From the NCBI GenBank assembly GCA_964304625.1, contig OZ199838.1:7861466-7925465 (forward strand): a DNA stretch of 64,000 bases, written 5' to 3'. Positions within the stretch are counted from its first letter, which is position 1. Each line of letters begins with the position of its first letter. The notes under the pieces are model-generated. The model did not search any database. It had not been told where the DNA came from and saw only the letters and a program-made list of their open reading frames with translations. This document shows positions 13,431-23,295 of this stretch, in pieces. A program made the position numbers and the translations under genes. This stretch comes from Kudoa neothunni. Lineage: Eukaryota; Animalia; Cnidaria.

Positions 13431-15517
13431 CAATCAATCCCCGTTTATCCGGAATTCGTTTAACCGAAAATCGCACTATCCGAACGATTTTTTAAAATTT
13501 ATATTGAAATCGGTGTATATCCTAAATGAAAAAATTTCGTTTAACCGAAAATTCAATAACCGCAGTCCGAAACAACTCTTAGCTAAAATTTTCGGATAAA
13601 GTGCCCGTCGCGCGTGCGCGTGTATATTTTTATATGTTAAATGCGACTGAATATAACGTTAATACAACTTTATTTGAGAAGTTTTCGGATACGATTATAA
13701 TTAATTTACATAGAAAATTTTTATTACATCAAATTAATGAATTTTTATTCAAATTTAATGAATCATTTTATAACTGGTTTGAGTATAAGATAGTCTAACG
13801 CCGCGCAGTTTAGAAATGTCAACAATGCATGACCAAAAGCGTTCAAGAATTGTTTTAAATCCAAGCGATAAAGCATTTATCTGTAAAATAAAAGTGAATA
13901 ATCCAAAAATGACTCTATCCGAAATATCGCATGCTTTTTACAAGGAGAAAAGATTGAAAATTGGGATAAGCACTATTGCAGATATTCTACGCAACTCCAA
14001 TAAATGGAATATTATGGAATCTTCGAATCGCATGACATCTCGGGCGGTAAACATGACAAATTTGAAAAGGCCCTTTACTTGTGGATAAATCAAGTTAATG
14101 CACAAAACGTGTGGATTAATGGGAATATTATTGTGGAAAAGGCAAAAGAATTCGCCACCAAGCTCGGAATAGAGAATATTTCCTTTTCTTCGGGATGGCT
14201 TCATCATTTTAAGAAACGACATGAAATTTCGTCTAAATATGTCCAGGGAGAAGCCGGTTCCGTGGTCATTGAAGATGTCGAGAAAGCAAGAAATGAGCTT
14301 AAAGCCGCCTTAAAATCCTACTCTAAAAATGATATTTATATCGCGGATGAAACCGGGTTATTCTATCATCTGGGGCCAAACAGAACTCTTTCAAGTTTTC
14401 ACCGATCTGGAACCAAAAATTCGAAAGATCGCATCACCATACTCTTTTGTGTGAATGCGTCCGGCACACACAAATTAAAACCTTTAATGATTGGGAAATC
14501 GATGAAACCACGATGTTTCAAACGTTTTGACCCAACACATTACGTGACATACAACTCCAACACAAAGGCATGGATGACCTCCATTATTTTCGAAGGTTTT
14601 TAAAATAATTTAAATTACTTGATGAAGTCCCAAACAGGCACATTCTTCTGTTGCTCGATAATGCAACAAGCTATAAACATGCTGACCTCTCTAATGTAAA
14701 AATTATGATGTTACACCTCCAAACTTAACATCCCACTTGCAACCTCTTGATGCTGGAATAATCAAGCCATTCAAATCAAAATATAGAACGTTGGTTACCA
14801 AAAAATTTATTGAGCAAATGGCAAATGGAAGATGATGATAAACTTAATATAAATTTACAAGATGCAGTGAGATTTACTCATGAATCATGGGATTCTGTTT
14901 CTCAGAGTACCATTCAAAATTGTTGGATTCATACTGGAATAGTTTCCGGTAAAGAAGCCATCCCACCTAGTCATTCCACTAATGATGATTCACTAAATGA
15001 TCCTCTAAAAGTTATCCCTGCATGTCGTTACCAATGTGCTAGAGAATATGTAGACTGTGACAAGGAATTAACAACGGGTGAAATTATTACTGAGGAAGAA
15101 ATTATAAAATATGATGATAATAATAATGATGACGATAACTCTATATCATTTGAAGATCCTGAAGTAGAAACCCCAGCTATTAGTGATCGAGAAGCCATTA
15201 CAGCTATTACCACTACCATAAAATACATTGAACAACCCAGAGTTCATGGCTTAGAAAATGAGAGAAAATTAAAAGATGAATTAGTAACACTACTAACTCG
15301 ATTCAAACGAAATGTGGAAGGGTCTAATTTCGGAAAATTGAAACAAACACTTATAACTGATTATCTAAATAAATACATTATCATGTATAATTATATATAA
15401 ATTAATCTGTCGTAATTTCTCAACATGTTATTGTTTATGCGTTATTACTTTTGTATTTTTTTAAATCTATTTAAAATATCTCTTTCTTCAGAATAAATAA
15501 AAAGGCGGAAGCATTGA
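13431..15517 (+). mobile_element. pogo/Tigger element with frameshifted transposase
   Basis: TIR-like TA|CAATCAATCCCCGTTTATCCG. ORFs 13816-14088, 14004-14603 (IADETGLFY, KPRCF, KAWMT) and 14810-15400. DNA and QPLDAG motifs lie at ~14657-14760. The 3' end is interrupted by piggyBac. Confidence 0.85.
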
Positions 15518-16279
15518 TTAACCCTCCGTGGCACGCGCAAAAAACTTAACGCGAACGCACGCATGGGGTCCACTGGACCCCACGAAGAAAAACTCGATGT
15601 AAATTGCCACATATATTATTTTAATTGATTGTTTTAAAACAGTTGTCGCATATGACGTTAGAGTGTTCCTTGCAAACCTAATTTTTGCAACTGTGACACG
15701 CTGTTCGGGTTTTTTATCGTTTTGGCGAGAACACAAGTGGCAACTTTTTTTGACGATGAGATTGTTGGATTCTTGTAAAAATTGATTTTTGGTGGTTCTG
15801 TAAAGTTTTAATTAAAATAAATTATGTTTAATACCTTTTCTACAGATTTGCTCTTCCATAAGCTGCATGGATAACGATTTCAAAAAGTCTTTCCTTCTTA
15901 TTTGTTTATTCGATTTTATACAGCAAATAACAAAAGCGTTGATTGATAAGAAGTCTAACAAAGTGTGAAATATTACTGCCGGTCATCTTCTAGTTGTTCG
16001 ATTGGTGGAATAATTGGCACACATTTGGTCAACTGTATCAACACCACCCTTGGTAGAGTTATAAAATAAAATAATCTCTGGAATTTTTTTAGGATTTTGT
16101 AAGTCGAATATTGGTTTGTGATGAAATGTGCTCAATAAAATGACCGATTTATTCATAAATGGGACATATGAAAGTAGCGTTAACTCTTTAGTATATGCAA
16201 GTTTTGATGAATACAGTTCTTTTGTTTTTGATGCTAAAAATTCACCAGGAATTTCTTTTTTTTAAAGTTTCGAAAGCGA

Positions 16280-16375
16280 TGTAGCGTACCAACTTAACCG
16301 GCAGCAGCCGGTTGATGATCGGATTATTTGTGCTTTGATAAAAGGGGTTTTTATTAGCGCAAAATACATATTACA
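16280..16375 (+). repeat. 5' LTR of G2 (96 bp)
   Basis: Near-identical to 20338-20434. Contains the hairpin AACCGGC-AGCA-GCCGGTT. Confidence 0.95.
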
Positions 16376-16396
16376 TTGGTGCCGAACGTGTTTAAC

Positions 16397-17170
16397 ATGA
16401 AGTTTACATTTGAATTTGACTTTGCAAAACCAATATGCGATCAGCTGAAAACCCTCGAGCTAATGGCGGTTGCTAACCAATGGAATGAAGATCAGCTCTA
16501 TGCTTTTGCTGCCCTAGCCATACCTGCTGAGGATCGAATCTCTCTGCTTCCGAATGAGATAGGAGTATCAGAATTGGGTAAATTCAATGCACTCCGTAGA
16601 AACATTGTTACCTATGCTCAAAACAAGTAATGCCCTCTGGATTCGTGGAATAAATTGCTTTGTAGCTCCATAAGACCAGGCGAAAACATCGACTCATATG
16701 TCAAACGTCTTCTTGAATATATGAGAATAGCGAGACCAAACATGAGTCAAGATGATATAAACTTTCTTTTGAGACCGAAAGTCATCGAATGTGTTCCAAA
16801 TGATACATTGAAACTTGTTTTGAAGGCTGAAAATAAGTTGAGTCTCGAAGAGATCATCGAAAAAGTGGAGTTGTACTCCAAGTTAGAAAAGAGAAATGAC
16901 GTCTGCTGTATTGGAAATGAACCCGAAACTTCTAATGTCTCTGCAATTCATCAAAAATATGGATATAAGAATGATAACAAAGCCCATAGAACTCAAACGA
17001 ACGAATGTTCACAATGTGGAAGCTTCAATCACAAAACATCGGTTTGTAGACGCGACGCAATCTGTTCATACTGTGGAAAACAGGGTCACCTTAGAAGAAT
17101 ATGCCGAAGCTATTTGGGAAACTTAAGAGGGGGAACTGGAGGTCAAAAACGGTTCCCCCGACAACACTAG
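16397..17170 (+). pseudogene. gag: Gypsy gag with one in-frame TAA (16628-16630)
   Basis: ORFs 16376-16630 and 16655-17170 are in the same frame. Two CCHC knuckles: CSQCGSFNHKTSVC and CSYCGKQGHLRRIC. Confidence 0.85.
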
Positions 17171-20100
17171 ATCTTACTTGCCTTACAACACAGAGCCCGG
17201 ATGTTCCAACGCAACCTTGGACTACTTTAATTTCATTTCCTTATTCTTCTAAAACTTTCAAAGCCATCATTGACACCGGTTCTGCGTATACAATTATAAA
17301 GTCTTCAATTATACCAAAAAATTGCCCCTATCAACCAACACATTTGAACTTGTATACGGCCTCTGGGTCTCCTATAAAAGTCATATCTTTAGTACCCGTA
17401 AATGTACAATGGGATAATAAATTTTCGCCCTTTGATGCCCTTGTTACCCCAACCCTGATTTATGATGCTATTATTGGTCGAGATTTTCTTAAGTCTACTG
17501 GTGCAAATGTATTCCATGATGGTGCTACCGATGCAATAACTGCTAATGTGAATTTTTCGGATAACAATGCTAATACCAGTCTGAATAAGTTGGCAAATGA
17601 TGTATTAGATGAATTCAAAACTGTATTCGCAACAAGTGTCAACGATCTACTTACTGCAAAATCCATTTACCATACCATCGATACTGGCTATTCAAAACCA
17701 GTCGTAACCAAGCCATACAGACTGCCTTTACATTATAAAGATGAAATCACCAAGCAGGTAGAGGATGCCCTCCGCAATAATATAATCCGCCCATCAAGTA
17801 GTCCCTGGTGCTCTTCTGTAGTTTTGGTTCCAAAAAAAGATGGTAAGACTAGGATGTGCGTGGATTATCGCAAACTCAACAATATTACTCAGCGAGATGA
17901 ATATCCACTCCCCAGACTGGAAGATACATTAGACGTGCTCTCTGGATCAACTATCTTCACCACACTTGACCTTCAGTGTGGATATTGGCAGATACCCGTC
18001 GCGGAAGAAGATATTCCCAAAACCGCGTTTTCTCCTGGGAATGGTCTTGGTCTTTTTGAATTTATCAAGATGCCATTTGGCTTGTCGAATGCTCCGGCAA
18101 CATTCCAACGAGGAATGGATGCTATACTGAAAAATGTTCCTAATGCCATGGCGTATCTAGATGATATAATAATTTTCTCTCGAAATGTAACCGATCATAC
18201 CAAGCATGTTAAAACAGTCCTGAGGATATTGCTTCGAGAGAATCTTCGTGTTAATCTTTCGAAGAGTAAGTTTTACCAAAATGAACTTAAGTATCTTGGC
18301 TTTATTATTTCGAAAAATGGCATCAAATGCGATCCAGAGAAAATCGACTCTATCTTGAAGTGGAAAACTCCATCTAACAGGGACGATCTCAGAAGTTTTT
18401 TGGGCACAGTAAACTTTTTACATAAACATCTTGAAAATTTGGCTGACGTTTCCGCTCCTCTGACACAATTGCTAGAACGATCGCATCCTTTCTGTTGGAA
18501 TGATCAATGCCAAAACCACTTCTTGAAGATCAAAGAGCTAGTTAAACAATCTCCTGAACTGTGTTTTCCAGACCTTTCAAAAACCTTCTCAATTGAAACT
18601 GATGCTTCCAACGTGGCCACAGGGGCCGTCCTGTTTCAAGAAACAAAAAGATGCATTGTTGCTTATACTAGTCACAAATTAAACAAAACCGAACAAAAGT
18701 ATTCAACTATAGACAAGGAAGCATTGGCGATCATCCATGCAATAAGAAAGTTCAGACCTTATTTACTCGGTTGCCGTTTTATTATCTATACAGACCACAA
18801 CCCACTTGTATATCTAAAAAATTCTAAAGATCCGCGTGGTCGCAGAGCTCGATGGATTTTGGAATTGGAGGAGTTCGATTTTGAAATTAAATATATTCAA
18901 GGGAAAAACAACCAATGCGCCGATGCTCTCTCTCGAAGTATTGCTATGATAACACCCAATATTGATATTAGTACATTGATGTCTGAACAAAAAACCGATC
19001 CCATGATTGTCCAAGTTAAAGAAGCTATAGAAAGTGGAAACGTCAGGAAATTGAAAAGCAAATCTGCGTGGCAACTCTGGCAAAGAAAACGAAATCTCAA
19101 TATTGAAAATGGAATCCTTTATCATCAATCTAGAAACGGTAACCTTCCAATAGTCCCTAAGAAACTTCAAACTCATATGATCAACTGTATCCACCAGGAA
19201 ACGGCACATTGCGGTGTGAATAAAACACTTAACAAAATTCGAAAAACTTGTTATTGGACCAATATGGACGTTGATGTTGCTAACTTTGTGTCTAAATGTG
19301 AAACTTGCTACAAAATCAAAGGGGAAAACTCTAAGCCTAAAGCGCCCTTAATGCCGATACCTGTTACATCCCAAGCTTTCATGTGGCATGCCGACTTCAT
19401 TGGTCCTCTGGAGCGAACTAAGTTGGGAAATAGATATATTCTTCTATTTGTTGATCAATTCAGTAAATGGGTTGAAGCTTGCCCACTTCAAGTTATCGAC
19501 GCCAAATCAACGGCGGATGCTTTAGTGAGCCTAATTGTATCGCGCCATGGAGTTCCTCAACGCATCCATACTGATCAAGGTAGTCAATTTGAATCTCGCT
19601 TATTTAATGATGTGTGCAAATCACTACAAATAAACCACAGCCATTCAACAGCTTATCATCCTGAAGGGAATGGATTGGCAGAAAGACAAGTTCGCAATTT
19701 GAAAACAAAACTCAAATCTATTCTTTATGAACAAGGCACGAGAGACTGGGATGAAATCCTTGATTATGCTCTTTTTGCCATCAGAACAACTATCTCATCG
19801 ACTACTGGTTACACGCCAGCTTCATTAATTTACGGTAGAGAGTTACGAACCCCAAGCCAAAATGTTTTTGTTTCAGAGAAAACATCGAATTCCGATATTC
19901 ATACTTATGCTAAAGAGTTAGAGAAAAGATTAAGAGTATTATCAAAATCAGCCTTATCAAACATTAAGCAATCACAACTGAGACAGTGCAAATATTACAA
20001 TCGGAACTGCCGCCTAAAGTCACACCCGATTGGAGATTATGTTTTAATCAAAAAAAGAAAAGTAACATCATTATCACCGAAATATGAAGGACCTTACAGA

Positions 20101-20355
20101 ATTATCAAAAGAAATGGATTGGTATACACTGTTCAAGATTCTGATGATAAATTGCTAAACGTACACTTCAATGATACTATTAGAACCTCGAAACCATTTA
20201 ATAAGATTATGCCACCTCCTAAATCCTCCGGCTATTCAAACCATCCAATAAAGAATCCAACTACAATAACCTCAAGTGGTAGAGCAATATTATTACCGTC
20301 AAAATATGATGGTTTTCAAACTTATGGAGGGGAGGAATGTAGCGTACCAACTTAA
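17101..20355 (+). CDS. pol: Gypsy Pol polyprotein (protease-RT-RNase H-integrase), probably entered by -1 frameshift from gag
   Basis: Uninterrupted 1084-aa ORF with IDTGS, YLDD, ETDAS...DHNPL...ADALSR, HHCC, HTDQGSQF...AER and a GPY motif, in Gypsy domain order. Confidence 0.97.
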   Translation: MPKLFGKLKRGNWRSKTVPPTTLDLTCLTTQSPDVPTQPWTTLISFPYSSKTFKAIIDTGSAYTIIKSSIIPKNCPYQPTHLNLYTASGSPIKVISLVPVNVQWDNKFSPFDALVTPTLIYDAIIGRDFLKSTGANVFHDGATDAITANVNFSDNNANTSLNKLANDVLDEFKTVFATSVNDLLTAKSIYHTIDTGYSKPVVTKPYRLPLHYKDEITKQVEDALRNNIIRPSSSPWCSSVVLVPKKDGKTRMCVDYRKLNNITQRDEYPLPRLEDTLDVLSGSTIFTTLDLQCGYWQIPVAEEDIPKTAFSPGNGLGLFEFIKMPFGLSNAPATFQRGMDAILKNVPNAMAYLDDIIIFSRNVTDHTKHVKTVLRILLRENLRVNLSKSKFYQNELKYLGFIISKNGIKCDPEKIDSILKWKTPSNRDDLRSFLGTVNFLHKHLENLADVSAPLTQLLERSHPFCWNDQCQNHFLKIKELVKQSPELCFPDLSKTFSIETDASNVATGAVLFQETKRCIVAYTSHKLNKTEQKYSTIDKEALAIIHAIRKFRPYLLGCRFIIYTDHNPLVYLKNSKDPRGRRARWILELEEFDFEIKYIQGKNNQCADALSRSIAMITPNIDISTLMSEQKTDPMIVQVKEAIESGNVRKLKSKSAWQLWQRKRNLNIENGILYHQSRNGNLPIVPKKLQTHMINCIHQETAHCGVNKTLNKIRKTCYWTNMDVDVANFVSKCETCYKIKGENSKPKAPLMPIPVTSQAFMWHADFIGPLERTKLGNRYILLFVDQFSKWVEACPLQVIDAKSTADALVSLIVSRHGVPQRIHTDQGSQFESRLFNDVCKSLQINHSHSTAYHPEGNGLAERQVRNLKTKLKSILYEQGTRDWDEILDYALFAIRTTISSTTGYTPASLIYGRELRTPSQNVFVSEKTSNSDIHTYAKELEKRLRVLSKSALSNIKQSQLRQCKYYNRNCRLKSHPIGDYVLIKKRKVTSLSPKYEGPYRIIKRNGLVYTVQDSDDKLLNVHFNDTIRTSKPFNKIMPPPKSSGYSNHPIKNPTTITSSGRAILLPSKYDGFQTYGGEECSVPT
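17116..17175 (+). promoter_or_regulatory. -1 programmed ribosomal frameshift signal
   Basis: Slippery heptamer G GGA AAC in the gag frame (17116-17122), a 6-nt spacer, and a 10-bp stem 17129-17138/17150-17159. pol is in the -1 frame. Confidence 0.85.
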
Positions 20356-20434
20356 CCGGCAGCAGCCGGTTGATGATCGGATTATTTTTGCTTTGATAAA
20401 AGGGGTTTTTTATTAGCGCAAAATACATATTACA
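20338..20434 (+). repeat. 3' LTR of G2 (97 bp)
   Basis: Direct repeat of 16280-16375, immediately after the PPT. Confidence 0.95.
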
Positions 20435-21499
20435 AGCGATTATTCCATTTTTTAACAATTCTTGAAAAAAGGGAACAGAAGAAAACCAGTTATCTAAAGT
20501 TATGTTTCTGGCAGAACCCAAAATTGGTTGTGCTAGACGCATAACTACACTTTGAGCAGAATTATTCACGTTACTCTGAGCACCCACATAAACTTCTACG
20601 TTTAAAGTATAAATGTCTTTGAATCTGTCATATTGAATATTTTAAGAATTTTGTTTTGACGTCATTGAAAACATCTTTAATTTTTTCAAATTTATGATGA
20701 GCAGAGTCTGGCAAATTTCCCGCATAATGTAGACATCTTTCCAATAATTTGAACCTATTAAAACTGAAAACCTTTTTGCATAATGGAATGCCGAAGACAT
20801 CATCTTCCTAGAGTTCATTCATGTCGGTTAAATTTGCCTTTTTTATTGCAAGAAAATAATGCAAGCCATTGAATGCTTTTAAATCACATAGATCAAATTC
20901 CGTGCAATCACGTTCTCGTTTGAAATTTGACTTAATGTTTTTTAAATGGTTGTTAGTGTGATAAAATATATTATTTAATATTGCAGCTGTAATAAATAAG
21001 CTCTAGATTTGAGATTCTGAGTTAATATTATCAGGAATGAGTATTTGATTTTTTTCGTTTAAGATATCGTGTTTCCTCTTTTTAGAAAATAATCCAACTG
21101 GATTAGCTGACTATTCAAAGTTATTTCCATAAAATTTATCTTTATTTTCATCAGAAGTTTCCAAAGTTGAGTAATTTTTAGATATATCGGGTTCTTCTAT
21201 ATCCTTAAATGATTCAGAACTCGAATTATCTTTTTATCTAATACCAAATCATCATTACGTGAGTCTTCGCTATGGGACTCTAGATCGGATAGATAAGAGT
21301 TGTTGTTATCACCGTCAAGAAATTTTCTTAAATCCATCTAAGTTGGCAGAAAAGTTAAATAAACACAAATATGCGAATAGAACTGACCGTTTAGAACTAA
21401 GTTAGTTAAAACCAGAAATATCAGGAACGAAAATTCACGTGAGGTCCATTGGACCCCATGCGTGCCACGGAGGGTTAATATGGTTTTACAAACGAAATA

Positions 21500-22954
21500 T
21501 AGGGTTTCTCATTTATACTCGGCATTTTTGCATTTAATCTCGGCACGTCTGCAATTTAAATTAAGCGTATTCGCGTTTAGCCTTTAAATTTGTGTGAATG
21601 CGTAGAAATCATGAACCGGAGAAAAAAATATGTATTATATTTATTCCAATAACCTCAATAAAATTATTATTCTAGAATAATTTCACCTCTAGAAGACCTG
21701 GTGACGTAACCCAACATTTTGCGATAGAAACCGTCATAATGTTGGGATGTGATTTCTTGGAACCACTCTTTTATCGCACTCTTCAACTCGTTTTCATTTT
21801 GACAGTGCCTGCGGATAACTAGATTTTTCCAAACAGAGAATACATTCTCTATTGGATTCAGAAATGGACTATACGGAGGTAAATATCTTATCGTGAATTT
21901 TTGTTGAAGGATTAATTCTTTTAGTCCCTTATAATGATGTATTTTCGCATTGTCCATAACGAAAACAGGATTATCAATACCACTTGATACACAGTTGGAT
22001 GTTAGTTCCTGTAGACAAATTTTAAAATCCTCACCTGAAACCGCTCGCTCGTGTATCTTACTATATATGGTGCCTTTTTTGTTGATTGCAGCAACTACAG
22101 ATATGTTTCTGCTTTTTGCTGCAGAAACAAAACAATATGCAGAAGTTCCTCTCAAAGAGTGACCTCTTTTAGGTCTTGTGACCACTGAAAATCCGACCTC
22201 GTCGAGAAACACAATACTTTCATGTGGTACATTGGTTTCTAAGTCTCTGAACATCTCAGCATATTCAATTCTCTCTCGAAGCGTCGTCTCACAATTTCTT
22301 CTCTCGGGGACCCCTACGAGGGATTTTAAAGTGTAATGAAATTTGCTGATAACTCTGTCCATCGTGCTTAGGGACACTGTTATTCCAAACTCGTCGTTAA
22401 CTTTTTGTTTGAGTTCTTTCAACGTAATTTGAGAGTTGTCGTCCACCCAACTGATAATATTTGCCTTCTGATCAGGAGAGAGGAGTGAAGGTCTTTTTCC
22501 GCTTCTAGATTTTGCATCTAGTGTTCCGGTTTCGCGAAACTTTGATAATATGGACCACACGGTGGATCTTGGTAGATACATTTCGGAAGCAATGTAAGTA
22601 TCACTTCTTCCACTTAAACAGAAATTAAACATTTGTTCTCTTAAGTCGGAAGAAATAGTTTTTCGCAGCTTTCTTTTTTCTTTGTGTGTTGGTATATTAG
22701 AAATTTCGATATCATCGGATATGGAGCTCTCAGATTCAACGATATGATCTTTGTTATTAGGGTTCATCTAGTGAATTCAATCTCTTAATAATATAAAAAT
22801 AATTTAACAAAAAAAACTTTTTTCAACTAACGCGAGATATTAAAAAATTTGAATACTACTGTTGAGGTGCTGAGATTAATTGCAAACGTGCTGGGATTAA
22901 ATGCAAACTGCCGAGATTAAGTGCAAAACTGCCGAGTATAAATGAGAAACCCTA
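21500..22954 (-). mobile_element. Intact IS630/Tc1-like DD34E DNA transposon
   Basis: Perfect TIR TAGGGTTTCTCATTTATACTCGGCA at both ends with TA flanks, ~21-bp subterminal repeats, and a single ORF. Confidence 0.95.
21667..22767 (-). CDS. IS630/Tc1-family transposase, 366 aa, DD34E
   Basis: N-terminal HTH, then FLDEVGF, VMDNAKIH and LPPYSPFLNPIE, with 34 residues between the second D and the E. Confidence 0.95.
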   Translation of the reverse strand: MNPNNKDHIVESESSISDDIEISNIPTHKEKRKLRKTISSDLREQMFNFCLSGRSDTYIASEMYLPRSTVWSILSKFRETGTLDAKSRSGKRPSLLSPDQKANIISWVDDNSQITLKELKQKVNDEFGITVSLSTMDRVISKFHYTLKSLVGVPERRNCETTLRERIEYAEMFRDLETNVPHESIVFLDEVGFSVVTRPKRGHSLRGTSAYCFVSAAKSRNISVVAAINKKGTIYSKIHERAVSGEDFKICLQELTSNCVSSGIDNPVFVMDNAKIHHYKGLKELILQQKFTIRYLPPYSPFLNPIENVFSVWKNLVIRRHCQNENELKSAIKEWFQEITSQHYDGFYRKMLGYVTRSSRGEIILE

Positions 22955-22956
22955 TA

Positions 22957-23295
22957 ATTGTGACGAGATGGGTCTAAGAATAAGGCAATTATCAATTAAG
23001 CTGTATCATGGTCGAGTGAAGAGACGATATGATGATATTTGGCGTCATCAACTTTGATATTACAAAGCGCAAATTGTGTTTCGGCTTGTAAGAACCAAAT
23101 GGCAGGCTGTGATGTCCAAAATTGAGAACTTTTCACGGATGTCACATCTGCTGAGTATGACTTGTCGTTTTGATTGTTATTTCGAAAAATTTTATGAGGC
23201 CACCAATGGAACACAAAAAATTGAAAGTTAGTGTATAACTGAACAGTAAGACTAGTCTCGTTGTTAATCCGGAGCTCATGAGATTAACCGCCACA
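22957..23295 (-). mobile_element. Gypsy relic: short 5' LTR, PBS and gag N-terminus (element G3)
   Basis: FWTSQPAIWFLQAETQF...KYHHIVSSLD is a Gypsy gag N-terminal motif. PBS TGGTGGCC adjoins a putative 89-bp TG...CA LTR at 23207-23295. Confidence 0.7.

Larger units (their letters stand above)
16280..20434 (+). mobile_element. Young full-length Ty3/Gypsy LTR retrotransposon (element G2), 4155 bp
   Basis: LTRs 16280-16375 and 20338-20434 are TG...CA and differ by 1 substitution and 1 indel. 5-bp TSD AGCGA (16275-16279, 20435-20439). PBS TGGTGCCGAA and PPT GGAGGGGAGGAA are present. Confidence 0.97.
15522..21474 (-). mobile_element. piggyBac element (decayed transposase) hosting Gypsy G2
   Basis: TTAA at 15518-15521 and 21475-21478. 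TIR CCCTCCGTGGCACGC at both ends, plus the internal palindromic repeat GGGGTCCA(C/A)TGGACC. Transposase remnants ITLDNWFSS (~20480-20505) and YNSTKGGVDTVDQMC (~16020-16065) flank the LTR insert. Confidence 0.92.

Noticed and set aside
20261-20587. 108-aa minus ORF as a Gypsy accessory or env-like gene
   Set aside because: It is piggyBac transposase sequence (ITLDNWFSS) reading by chance into the inserted LTR.
9218-22162. Antisense/overlapping ORFs (e.g. 9218-9469, 9562-9903, 17460-17666, 18814-19209, 21950-22162)
   Set aside because: They are shadow frames of transposon genes with no recognisable motifs.
5401-22767. IS630-like ORFs as evidence of bacterial DNA or contamination
   Set aside because: They are interleaved with Gypsy, piggyBac and pogo elements and are contiguous with a spliceosomal multi-exon gene.
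22860-22950. ~21-bp tandem repeats resembling a CRISPR array
   Set aside because: There are no unique spacers and no cas genes. The repeats are subterminal and mirrored at the other end of a DD34E transposon.
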